DNA of 64,000 nucleotides, taken from the NCBI GenBank assembly GCA_050950765.1, contig JBMNIF010000001.1, positions 352,001-416,000 on the forward strand, given 5' to 3'. Below are positions 10,075-19,814 of this stretch, piece by piece (the first letter of the stretch is position 1; each line of letters starts with the position of its first letter). The position numbers and the translations under genes are program-made. The stretch is from Bdellovibrionota bacterium (GTDB taxonomy: Bacteria; Bdellovibrionota_C; UBA2361; JAAYZI01). Below the pieces are notes generated by a model, which saw only the letters and a program-made list of their open reading frames with translations, did no database searches and was not told the origin of the DNA.

Positions 10075-10776
10075 ATGATTTATTCTCATGAAGTTCAAAA
10101 TATGTGCCCTGTTGCAAAAGGGTGCAATCATGGACCAGCTCCAATTCCAGAAGAGGGGAAATGGGTACAGGTTAAGGAGGTAAAAGATATTTCAGGTCTG
10201 ACTCACGGTGTTGGTTGGTGTGCTCCACAGCAAGGCGCTTGTAAGTTGACCCTTAATATTAAGGATGGAATTATTGAAGAAGCTCTTGTAGAAACTATCG
10301 GCTGTTCCGGAATGACTCATTCAGCGGCTATGGCTTCTGAAATTTTAGTTGGCAAAACTATTCTCGAAGCGTTGAATACCGACCTTGTTTGCGATGCTAT
10401 TAACACTGCTATGCGAGAACTCTTCTTGCAGATCGTGTATGGACGTTCTCAATCTGCTTTTTCAGAAGGTGGCTTGCCAGTTGGTGCTGGCTTGGAGGAT
10501 CTCGGCAAGGGTTTGAGAACTCAGGTTGGAACGATGTATGCCACTAAGGTCAAAGGTCCCCGTTATTTGGAGACGGCTGAAGGGTATGTCAGTAAAGTTT
10601 TTCTTGATGCAGAGGGAGAGATCTGCGGTTATCAATTCGTACGGTTAGGCGTCATGATGGATCTTATCAAAAAGGGTACAGATGCAAATGAAGCTTTAGC
10701 TAAAGCGACAGGCTCTTACGGTCGCACAACCCCAGAAGATGGTGCTGTAAAGAGCATCGATCCACGTAAAGAATAA
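10075..10776 (+). CDS. NifU/IscU-like scaffold protein (GGGtGRT partner)
   Basis: GWCAPQQGACKLTLN, ETIGCSGMTHS and LVCDAIN motifs; start MIYSHEV after an AAGGA RBS. Confidence 0.88.
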   Translation: MIYSHEVQNMCPVAKGCNHGPAPIPEEGKWVQVKEVKDISGLTHGVGWCAPQQGACKLTLNIKDGIIEEALVETIGCSGMTHSAAMASEILVGKTILEALNTDLVCDAINTAMRELFLQIVYGRSQSAFSEGGLPVGAGLEDLGKGLRTQVGTMYATKVKGPRYLETAEGYVSKVFLDAEGEICGYQFVRLGVMMDLIKKGTDANEALAKATGSYGRTTPEDGAVKSIDPRKE

Positions 10777-10797
10777 AGAAATTAAGGAGAATTCAAC

Positions 10798-11793
10798 ATG
10801 GCATTGTTTGAATCGTATGATCGTCGTGAACCGCAGATCTTAAAGACACTGAAAGAGTATGGCATTAACTCTATCGAGGAGTGTCTTGAAATCTGCAAAG
10901 CTAAGGGGTTTAACCCTTATGAAATTACAAAAGGCATACAACCGATTGCATTTGAAAATGCAGCTTGGGCGTATACTGTTGGTGCAGCTATCGCCATCAA
11001 AAAAGGGTGTAAAAAAGCTGCTGATGCTGCCATTGCTATCGGGGAGGGGTTGCAAAGCTTCTGTATTCTAGGTTCCGTAGCGGATGATAGAAAAGTTGGG
11101 CTTGGGCACGGTAATTTGGCTTCAATGTTGTTGAGAGAAGAGACAAAGTGTTTCTGTTTCTTAGCGGGGCATGAATCTTTTGCAGCAGCAGAGGGCGCTA
11201 TCGGTATTGCTAATTCTGCTAACAAAGTTCGTAAAACACCCCTTAAGGTTTGTTTAAACGGACTTGGAAAAGATGCTGCTTATATTATCAGCCGCATTAA
11301 CGGTTTTACTTATGTGCAGACCAAGTTTGATTATGCCACAGGTAAACTCACCATTGTTAAGGAGGTTCCTTTTTCTAAAGGACCGAAAGCGGAAGTGCGT
11401 TGTTATGGTGTTGATGATGTGCGTGAAGGTGTAGCGGTCATGTGGCAGGAGGGGGTTGATGTTTCTATTACTGGAAATTCAACTAATCCTACTCGCTTTC
11501 AACATCCCGTAGCTGGTACCTATAAGAAAGAGTGTGTTGATAAGGGGAAAAAGTATTTTTCAGTTGCTTCAGGTGGTGGTACTGGACGTACATTACATCC
11601 TGACAATATGGCTGCAGGCCCTGCCTCTTACGGTATGACCGATACTATGGGAAGGATGCACTCTGATGCTCAGTTTGCAGGATCTTCTTCCGTACCGGCG
11701 CACGTGGAGATGATGGGGCTAATCGGAATGGGCAATAACCCTATGGTAGGTGCGACGGTAGCTGTCGCAGTTGCTATTGAGGAAGCTGCCTGA
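10798..11793 (+). CDS. GGGtGRT protein
   Basis: Contains the SVASGGGTGRTLHPDN family motif. Confidence 0.95.
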   Translation: MALFESYDRREPQILKTLKEYGINSIEECLEICKAKGFNPYEITKGIQPIAFENAAWAYTVGAAIAIKKGCKKAADAAIAIGEGLQSFCILGSVADDRKVGLGHGNLASMLLREETKCFCFLAGHESFAAAEGAIGIANSANKVRKTPLKVCLNGLGKDAAYIISRINGFTYVQTKFDYATGKLTIVKEVPFSKGPKAEVRCYGVDDVREGVAVMWQEGVDVSITGNSTNPTRFQHPVAGTYKKECVDKGKKYFSVASGGGTGRTLHPDNMAAGPASYGMTDTMGRMHSDAQFAGSSSVPAHVEMMGLIGMGNNPMVGATVAVAVAIEEAA

Positions 11794-11943
11794 TCCCTGT
11801 ACTAGCTATAAAACTTAAGATAACGGGGCGCTTTCTGATAAAGGTTTCTGATAAACCTTTTTTATGCTCATAAAGCCGCCCCATTTTTTTACCTTCGTAG
11901 AAACCTAGCCGATCCGTTTTGCAGTTGCAGCCCGTCTTTCAAC

Positions 11944-13508
11944 CCCAAACTTTCCCCTTTTTACGTATGTTAAGTAAGTAACAGTTCGGCTATTTTTAGC
12001 TCTGCTTTAGTTTGCTCGGCTAAATACCAAGAGTCCCCAAGCCTAACTTTTTTAATTTCAGATAACCTTCTGATAGCATCTTCTAATGATATTGAAGTCG
12101 AAAGTTTATGTTTTTTTATTGTTTTTAATATTTCATAGCTCCACTGTATTGCTATGTGATTCACGAACATCCATCCCTGAAATTTATCATCATCACTCAT
12201 ATATGAAGCATCTGCTTTTAAAACAGTTTTTAACGTATCAAAAGATTGTTCAATAGATAGTCGCATTTTGTATAACGTGTATATTTCTTCTGCGGATGAG
12301 TCCAAATTTGAAAAGAATGCAACAGTTCCTAGCCTCACTTTTTTTAAATCAACATCTGTTAAATTGTATTTTTCTGGATGAGATATTGTTAATGAAACTA
12401 AGTTATTTTCCTCTTCACCTGCTAAAAACGGGTCTCTAAACAGATATATAAATCCATTCCCAATCTTATATTTTTTATATCTTAAGTACGTTTTATTATA
12501 TTCAATAACGTTCCTGCTTGTTTCTATTCCATCATAGTCTATAAGAGAGCTATTTCTACGCAATGGAATAACAAAGCTAAGTTTATTCTCTATAAGATCT
12601 TTAACGTTAGACTCTGAATAGAAACCCTTATCTGCAATAATAGTAGCATCACCAATTTCTGATTCTTGGATAGTTAAAGATAGAGCTTTTACATCTCTTA
12701 TATTCCCAGCCAATAACCTATAATAGACTGGTTGTTGCAATTTTTTAGAGTAAATATAAAGCAAACTCGCCTGCGTTTCCCAAAAATGGTCTTTATTATA
12801 TCCTCCTTTAGCAAGACTCGACTTTCTCATAGATGTTCTAAGAAATGTAGAATCAATTAACAAAAAATCTTTTCCATGAATAAAACTCTTCATATATTCA
12901 GAACGAGCAAATTCATCTTTCCCAATCGATTGCAAAATATTCGGAATAGCTTTCTTATTAAGAAGAAAATTAAGTTTTTCACTCAACATACTGTTTTCAA
13001 AATCATCATTCATGCGTTTAATAGGAGAGCAATGTTTGATCCTGCTGTATGACATCAGCAAAATAGCCTTCCACTTATCTGGAAAATAACACCGAAGTCT
13101 TTCAATAATTGTTTTTTGATTGAGGATAAATTGAGATAAACCATACTCTCTGCACTTAATATTCACAGCAGGTACAAGGCTTCTCTTCTCACTTGGTATA
13201 AAACCGTCCTCTTCTGTAATTCGTCCAAGTAATTTACCAGTAACTTTCACGCTCCTTTTCCTCTCAGGGTCATACTTATAGCTGTAGCTATATAGGTAAT
13301 ATCTCCCATTGATAAGACGTACCTCTTTTCCTTTCTCTCGATATTTTGTTGCCCAATCAGGGTGTATTTTTGCTTTCTTTCCCATACCTAAATACGTATG
13401 TCAAAACAACAAAAAAGTCAACCCCCTTTTTTGTTAATTTTTAAAAAATTTCTATAGGTTATAACAATATGTTACTTTATTGTTACGTAAATCACAGAAA
13501 AGTTTGGG
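11944..13508 (-). mobile_element. IS1634-like (IS4-type DDE) insertion sequence, 1565 bp
   Basis: TIRs CCCAAACTTT...AAAGTTTGGG; 6-bp TSD TTCAAC at 11938-11943 and 13509-13514; interrupts a repeat module. Confidence 0.9.
11970..13385 (-). CDS. DDE transposase
   Basis: IDST, IADKGFYS and Y-K-x-R-x-x-IEQSFDTLK (YREK-like) motifs; 471 aa. Confidence 0.92.
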   Translation of the reverse strand: MGKKAKIHPDWATKYREKGKEVRLINGRYYLYSYSYKYDPERKRSVKVTGKLLGRITEEDGFIPSEKRSLVPAVNIKCREYGLSQFILNQKTIIERLRCYFPDKWKAILLMSYSRIKHCSPIKRMNDDFENSMLSEKLNFLLNKKAIPNILQSIGKDEFARSEYMKSFIHGKDFLLIDSTFLRTSMRKSSLAKGGYNKDHFWETQASLLYIYSKKLQQPVYYRLLAGNIRDVKALSLTIQESEIGDATIIADKGFYSESNVKDLIENKLSFVIPLRRNSSLIDYDGIETSRNVIEYNKTYLRYKKYKIGNGFIYLFRDPFLAGEEENNLVSLTISHPEKYNLTDVDLKKVRLGTVAFFSNLDSSAEEIYTLYKMRLSIEQSFDTLKTVLKADASYMSDDDKFQGWMFVNHIAIQWSYEILKTIKKHKLSTSISLEDAIRRLSEIKKVRLGDSWYLAEQTKAELKIAELLLT

Positions 13509-13892
13509 TTCAACCGGTGGGCGGTCGTCCTTGGTGGGTGGCACCAAAACCACCAAATGTTAAGTTTTCGCTAACATTTTGATATTATTAGCTATCGTAA
13601 TTTTAGAGTCTTGTAGCACTAGTGGGTGGCACCAAAAAGTCGAATTCTAAACTTTTGCTAACATCTTGATATTATTGAATGTTGTAATTTTAGAGTCTTT
13701 TAGCTCTGGTGGGTGGAACCGTCCTTGAAGGGTGGCACCAAATTCCCAGCCACCAGAACTAAGCCTGCTCAGTTATTCTTGGTGGGTGGTACCAAATTTT
13801 TAACCTCCGTAAAGATCTAGCTGATCCGCTTTGCAGTTGCAGCCCGTCTTTCAACCGGTGGGCAACTGTCCCTGAAGGGTGGCACCAAATTA
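13509..13892 (-). repeat. Mosaic repeat array; its first module begins at ~11890, before the IS
   Basis: ~6 GGGTGGCACC-type cores; IHF-consensus modules at 13572-13584 and ~13659. Confidence 0.9.
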
Positions 13893-13895
13893 AAC

Positions 13896-14629
13896 TTATC
13901 TACTCTCGCGTCTGCGTTCTTCTTCTTCAGTCCGCATTTTCCAATTATGCTCTTCAAGCCACATATCAAATATTTCATCTTTGTTCATTGTGACTTCGTT
14001 TTTTTTAATCCTATCATCACTCTCTGGAAATAAGACCTTACACTTTGTCTCTTTAGAAAATTGGTTAAATTTGAATATCTCTTTATCAGTTAAAGAAGAG
14101 CATTCTCTTAAATCAAGTTGTTTTAAATTTGCATAATAAATTCCTTGAATCCCATGAGGGAGATGATGTTCACTAACTATAACTAGCTTCTCTAAGGTTT
14201 CTATATACATGCATGCCCAGCATACTTCATCAAATAGAGAATTATGTATTCTGTCTGAAGTGGTTATTTCGAGAGTTCTAAGTCCTGTAAATTTTCTTAA
14301 CTCATCTCCCAGTATATTTACTTGGTCGCTATAGTCTCCGGTTTTTAAAGTTAGTTTTTCTAAACTTGAAAATGTTTCTGCAATAGGATTGATTTTTTCT
14401 TTAAAAGTTTCTTCATTATTAAGCCAAGCAGCAAGCTTTTTAAAGTCAAGAGTTAAGCTAACTACTTCACCAAGTTTATTAGTTTCTATATCTTCAGCTT
14501 TAATACCTGATTCTTTTAAAACTTTGAAATGTTCTGGGCAAACTTGCTTGCCGTCATAATCTATTAATTTGGGGACTGTGAGTTCCTCCCCCCCCTCTCA
14601 TCTTTTGGAGTTTTTTCAAATAGTTGCAT
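13896..14629 (-). pseudogene. LRR-like protein frameshifted at a G8 tract (244 aa if G9)
   Basis: GAGAGGA RBS and ATG at 14629; C8 at 14588-14595; the alternative frame is open into ORF 13896-14210; LEKLTL, LRTLEI and LKQLDLRECSSLTD repeats. Confidence 0.75.
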
Positions 14630-14760
14630 AATTTCCTCTCATATTTTAGAATTATTTTTACAATCGAAAGCATGATTCTAGAGCAATTTTCTAAAATCAC
14701 TATTAGCATATTCTAACACAAACTAGTTTTGCTTCTTAAAAGTTGCAATAGACTCTTCTT

Positions 14761-15347
14761 ACTGAAGGGTGGCACCAAATTTTTAACCTCCGTCCAGATC
14801 TAGCTGATCCCGCTTTTTAGTTGCAGCCCGTCTTTCAACCGGTGGGCGGTCGTCCTTGAAGGGTGGCACCTGCTTTTTAAGCCCCTTCCAATTAGGACAC
14901 CCACTTTTTGCTGAAGGGTGGCACCAAATTTTTAACCTCCGTAAGGATCTAGCCGATCCGTTTTGCAATTTTATCCCGTTCGGTCGTCCCTGAAGGGTGG
15001 CACCAAATTTTTTACCTCCGTCCAGATCTAGCTGATCCCGTTTTTTAGTTGCAGCCAGTCTTTCAACCGGTGGGCAACCGTCCCTGAAGGGTGGCACCAA
15101 AAAGCCGAATTCTAAACTTTTGCTAACGTCTTGATATTATTAGATGTTGTAATTTTAGACTCTTTTAGCTCTGGTGGGTGGCACCTGCTTTTTAAGCCCC
15201 TTCCAATTAGGACACCCACTTTTTACTGAAGGGTGGCACCAAATTTTTGACCCCAAATTTTTGACCTCCGTCCAGATCTAGCTGAGCCCGTTTTTTAGTT
15301 GCAGCCCGTCTTTCAACCGGTGGCAACCGTCCTTGGTGGGTGGCGCT
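14761..15347 (-). repeat. Mosaic repeat array
   Basis: ~8 GGGTGGCACC cores, GGACACCC cores, IHF consensus at 15124-15136. Confidence 0.92.
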
Positions 15348-15396
15348 CTTACTGCTGGGGTGGGGGGTCGTCACTGGCGGGGGGCGGCATTAGAAT

Positions 15397-16809
15397 TTAA
15401 CGGTGCCTCGTTTGTAAGGTTGAAACGATATCACCTAAAGTGATCCCCTTTTCTTCTAGCAAAACCAAAAGGTGATAAAGTAGATCTGAAACTTCGCCAT
15501 TAAGAGCTTCCTTTCCCTGAGCGAGGGCAGCAACTATCACTTCTACCGCTTCTTCACCGACCTTTTCTGTAATCTTCGGCACCCCTTTTTGAAAAAGGTT
15601 ACAGGTGTAGGAGGCTTCTTTAGGGTTACGCTTACGCTCTGCAATCAATTCCTGTAAAGAGAGGAGAAATTGTAACGGATGTTGAAAAGTTACCTCCCCA
15701 AAACAGCTCTTACTACCACTATGACAGGTCGGACCAGCCGGATCTGCTAAAATAAGGAGGGTATCTTTATCACAATCATGAAAGATGTTTTTTAAAAGTA
15801 AAAAATTAGAGGAGGTCTCGCCTTTCACCCATAAACGATTTTGAGAGCGACTGAAAAAGGTAACTTTGCCGCTTTCTAGAGTTTTTAACAAAGCTTCCTG
15901 ATTCATGTAGCCTAACATTAAAACTTCTCCGCTCTTGTAGTGCTGTATTACAGCGGGGATAAGTCCGTCACCTTTCGTAAAATCAAGATCTGCAATGTTA
16001 AATTTTGAGTTCAAAGCGCCTTCCAAAGTTTCTAAAGATCCGTTTTTAGGCGGAGTTATTTTAACAGGAACGTTTTCATCTGCTAAGTACCTCTTGAGCC
16101 CTGAAATTGAAAGCTCTCCAAAGTGAAAGATACCAGCTGCTAAGGCGGCATCAGCACGCCCTTTTGTTAAAACTTCAAGGAAGTGTTCTTTTTTTCCAGC
16201 TCCACCTGAGGCAATGACAGGGATGTGACAAGCGTTTGAAACACTTTGCGTCAACTCTACATCAAAGCCCTGCTTTGTCCCGTCACAATCCATGCTAGTT
16301 AATAATATCTCACCTGCACCACGCGCTTCCGCTTCTTTTGCCCATTCAATTACATCTTTGCCTGTGGCGTTGCGACCACCATGTGTATAAACTTCCCAAC
16401 CTTTTGAAGTACGTTTTGCATCAATGGCAATTACAACACACTTACTACCAAAGCGATCGGCTAGGGCAGTGATAATAGCAGGATCTTTAACAGCAGCTGT
16501 GTTGATGCCGATCTTATTCGCACCCGCTTCTAATAAAGCGATGCCATCTTCAAGGGATTGTACACCACCTCCAACGATAAACGGGATATCAATTTCCGCA
16601 GCGATCTTTTTTACCAGATCGCGTAACGTCTCTCGTTTTTCGAGAGTTGCTGTAATATCTAAAAAAACGAGTTCATCAGCACCGTGCTCCACGTATGTTT
16701 TTGCTAGTTCTACGGGATCGCCAGCATCAATCAGATTAACGAAGTTTACTCCCTTAACGGTCCTGCCATCTTTAATATCAAGACACGGTATGATGCGTTT
16801 TATTAGCAT
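15397..16809 (-). CDS. hisF-hisIE: Fused HisF-HisI-HisE (IGP synthase cyclase, PRA-CH, PRA-PH)
   Basis: [16 protein letters not shown] (HisF); DCDKDTLL...GPTCHSG (HisI); SYT..LF..G...I..KVGEEAVE (HisE). Confidence 0.93.
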   Translation of the reverse strand: MLIKRIIPCLDIKDGRTVKGVNFVNLIDAGDPVELAKTYVEHGADELVFLDITATLEKRETLRDLVKKIAAEIDIPFIVGGGVQSLEDGIALLEAGANKIGINTAAVKDPAIITALADRFGSKCVVIAIDAKRTSKGWEVYTHGGRNATGKDVIEWAKEAEARGAGEILLTSMDCDGTKQGFDVELTQSVSNACHIPVIASGGAGKKEHFLEVLTKGRADAALAAGIFHFGELSISGLKRYLADENVPVKITPPKNGSLETLEGALNSKFNIADLDFTKGDGLIPAVIQHYKSGEVLMLGYMNQEALLKTLESGKVTFFSRSQNRLWVKGETSSNFLLLKNIFHDCDKDTLLILADPAGPTCHSGSKSCFGEVTFQHPLQFLLSLQELIAERKRNPKEASYTCNLFQKGVPKITEKVGEEAVEVIVAALAQGKEALNGEVSDLLYHLLVLLEEKGITLGDIVSTLQTRHR

Positions 16810-16833
16810 ATTAAAAATCCTTACAAATTCACT

Positions 16834-17691
16834 TTAATATTTTTTTAATAACATAGCACTCCAACCCTCTGCCTTGCGGATCTCCTTACGTTCCCAGAGC
16901 GGATCTGTGTAGCGCGAGAGTTCGGGGAGGTCTGCACTATGAAATCCTGAAATAAGTAGCCAAGCGCCGTGCTTAGTTGCTTTATACAGTACGTCATGCA
17001 GCTTTTCCAGTAATTCGGCGTAGAGGTTTGCTATAACTAGATCGTATTCACCATTAAACCATGAGGCGGCATCTGCTTGGCAGACAGAGACACTCGAAGT
17101 GACATTATTTAAAGTGACGTTTTCAATAGCATTAGCTACCGCATCGGGGTCGTTATCAAAAGCGTCTACGCTAGCATTAAAAAGTTTGGAGGCGGCAATG
17201 GCTAAAAGTCCACTACCTGTTCCGACATCGAGGACACGTTTAGGGCAGCACTTTTTTAGATCTTCATTTTGTAAGATTGCAGTAGCTTGATTTGTTGTGG
17301 CGTGATGTCCTGTTCCAAAGCCGCAACCAGGGATAATGTAGATCTCTTGTGCGGTGGCTTGAGGTAGCGCCTGCCCCTGTTCCAAACTCAGAACGGGGAT
17401 GATAGTGAGATTATTTATTTCAAGTTTCTGCCAAACCTCTTCACACTTTTGCACCCAATTCGTTGCAGGAACAGGTTCAGCAGAGATAATTTTTAAAGGA
17501 AGTGAGGTGACGTTTTTCGAAAATGAAGCTAGCCCATCTTTCGTTGCTTGCAAAAAACATTGAATTTGATGGTTTTCTAAAAGCTCCGTGCCGGAAGCCC
17601 CCAGATCAATTAACTCACACCCTAAAAGGTCTAAGTCCGCTGTGCTATCTGCTTCTAAAAGGATTGACCACCAAATAATATCGCTCTGCAT
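16834..17691 (-). CDS. prmA: Ribosomal protein L11 methyltransferase
   Basis: PGCGFGTGHHATT, VLDVGTGSGLLAI and DLVIANL motifs. Confidence 0.92.
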   Translation of the reverse strand: MQSDIIWWSILLEADSTADLDLLGCELIDLGASGTELLENHQIQCFLQATKDGLASFSKNVTSLPLKIISAEPVPATNWVQKCEEVWQKLEINNLTIIPVLSLEQGQALPQATAQEIYIIPGCGFGTGHHATTNQATAILQNEDLKKCCPKRVLDVGTGSGLLAIAASKLFNASVDAFDNDPDAVANAIENVTLNNVTSSVSVCQADAASWFNGEYDLVIANLYAELLEKLHDVLYKATKHGAWLLISGFHSADLPELSRYTDPLWERKEIRKAEGWSAMLLKKY

Positions 17692-17730
17692 ATTTATCTC
17701 TATAATCGATTTATAATGAAGTTGTTCAAG

Positions 17731-18210
17731 CTAGTCCAACAACTCGACGGAATTATCCGATCCAAGCATTAGATCAAGTTGTAACGGTTCTTGTCCTGAA
17801 TGAAAATCAGGATATACGAACTCTCCCTCTCCAATAGCACTTTTTATCGTTATTTTAATTGAATCAGTTGCGGCTTGGACGATCTGCAAAGAATAGCTAC
17901 CACTTTGATCGCAAGTTGTGCTGTTTGTACCTTGTGAAGTTTCAAATGTAATAGTGGCGGCACTTAAAGGCTTGGCTCTCCAGTCTAGAATCTGACCCGT
18001 AACGGTGAAGGCAGAAGCTTGAATTGGAGATGGACTCTCTATTTTTGCTAATTCTGAAGAGGTAGAAGGTGTTGTTGATATCTCTTCTTTTGCAGTACAC
18101 CCTATAATAAAAAACGGTATGACAAATAAAGCTTGTGCAAGTAACGACAGCCGAACTTTATCAAAGGAAAGGGAGAGGTATCTTTTTTTATTTTTAGCAC
18201 TACGCATCAT
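17731..18210 (-). CDS. Lipoprotein with carboxypeptidase-regulatory-like Ig fold
   Basis: IIGC lipobox; TVTGQILD..AKPLSAATI...TTCDQSGSYSL pattern. Confidence 0.65.
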   Translation of the reverse strand: MMRSAKNKKRYLSLSFDKVRLSLLAQALFVIPFFIIGCTAKEEISTTPSTSSELAKIESPSPIQASAFTVTGQILDWRAKPLSAATITFETSQGTNSTTCDQSGSYSLQIVQAATDSIKITIKSAIGEGEFVYPDFHSGQEPLQLDLMLGSDNSVELLD

Positions 18211-18717
18211 TATCTATCTACCTTAGTTAATACTACTCAATCTTTATTCTTATTTAATACTCCAAGCCGTTAGAGATGGGAAAGGGGAAAACTCTAATTT
18301 ATTGATTGTGATCTCGTTTAGATCTTTGCTAATGGAGAAAAAAGAAGGTAAAAACCTCAACAATCTTTTTCAGATAATTTGTAGTGATGTTAGTCAGATA
18401 GCTCGGATAGTGAACGCCCTTAAACGGTTAAAACCTTGTGTTTTGTTTTCTCAAGATGTATAGGGTGTTGCGATTCCATTGTTGTTGATCGTATCTCTCC
18501 TCTTAAAAAAGTGAGGTAGGGGCGGAGAGCGTGTTTTGATGTATACGCTTCAAAGTCTATCTATTGACCTATTCGTGATAGCGATAGCATAAATAGCTCT
18601 GACTTCTTGTGCGGTCTCGGTCTGTTTCGAGGCGGTTATGCCGAGTGTTTAGCCGCTGAAATAATGCTCTCCGAGTAATTTGTTTTTGTTTTTGTAAGTT
18701 TTTTTGAGGATAAGCTG

Positions 18718-19779
18718 ATGCTTCCTTTTTCGTTTAAACATGTTTGTATCGAATCGTATGCTCTGCATTTGCCGGAGAAAATTGTTACTTCTGATGAAAT
18801 TGAAAAGAATTTTGCCAATCTTTATGAAAGATTGAGTATACCGATGGGAACGTTGGAGCGTTTAAGCGGTATTAAGGAGCGTAGGTTTTTTGGTGATGAT
18901 GAAACTCCCAGTCAGGTTGCGACGATAGCGGGGAAGAAAGCCATTGAAAAGATCGGATTCGATAAGGAGCATCTCAAAGCACTCTTTAACTGTTCTGTCA
19001 CGCGTGATTATTTTGAACCAGCGACAGCTGTGATCGTGCATAACGCCTTAGGCTTTTCAGAAGATACTATTGCACTTGATATTACTAACGCCTGTATCGG
19101 ATTTTCGCACGGTATGGTGACACTCGCCAATATGATTGAAAGTGGAGCGCTGAAAGCAGGGCTAGTAGTTGCGGGAGAGAATATTTCGCGTATTACAAAT
19201 GCGACTTATAAATTCATTGAAGAGAATCAGAGCGTTGACCGCACAGAATTCTTGCAACTGATGGCGACTTTTACGTTAGGGAGTGGTGCTGTTGCTATGG
19301 TGTTGGCGCATGATAGTATCGCAACGACAAAACATAGACTTGTTTCGTGCGTTTCAAGGGCAGCTTCTGTTTGTCATAAGATGTGTATGGGTAATGGCGA
19401 TTTCTGTTTTAATCAGGTGGTGGATCTTAATCCGATTATGCACACTGATTCACATCCGTTAATGGCTAATGCTGCCGAATTGGGCGGACGAACTTGGGCG
19501 GATCTCTCGGCGGCGACTGGTTGGTCGGTTGATGATGTTGATAATATCTTTTGTCATCAAGTCGGTAAGGCTGTTAACACTGGCTTTTATAAAACGATGG
19601 GACTTCCGATGGAGAAGGAGTACACCGTTTATCAAAAGTATGGAAATATGATCTCAGCAGCAATGCCAGCTGCGCTCTTTTCTGCGGCTGAAGAGGGATG
19701 TATTAAGCCAGGAACTAAGAATGTGTTAACTGCTTTCGGTAGTGGATTAAATGCACTCTTTACCGGACTGATCTGGTAA
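18718..19779 (+). CDS. oleA: OleA thiolase / FabH-like condensing enzyme
   Basis: FEPATA (Glu), NAC (Cys) and HQVG (His) motifs; TLGSGA; directly upstream of oleBC. Confidence 0.88.
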   Translation: MLPFSFKHVCIESYALHLPEKIVTSDEIEKNFANLYERLSIPMGTLERLSGIKERRFFGDDETPSQVATIAGKKAIEKIGFDKEHLKALFNCSVTRDYFEPATAVIVHNALGFSEDTIALDITNACIGFSHGMVTLANMIESGALKAGLVVAGENISRITNATYKFIEENQSVDRTEFLQLMATFTLGSGAVAMVLAHDSIATTKHRLVSCVSRAASVCHKMCMGNGDFCFNQVVDLNPIMHTDSHPLMANAAELGGRTWADLSAATGWSVDDVDNIFCHQVGKAVNTGFYKTMGLPMEKEYTVYQKYGNMISAAMPAALFSAAEEGCIKPGTKNVLTAFGSGLNALFTGLIW

Positions 19780-19814
19780 AAGATTCACTCTACAATTAAA
19801 GAGGTGATAGATTT

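Noticed and set aside
14783..15100. 105-aa ORF (also 23600-23803, 24441-24698, 52437-52619)
   Set aside because: These are translations of repeat arrays (recurrent VPPF/WCHP words), not credible genes.
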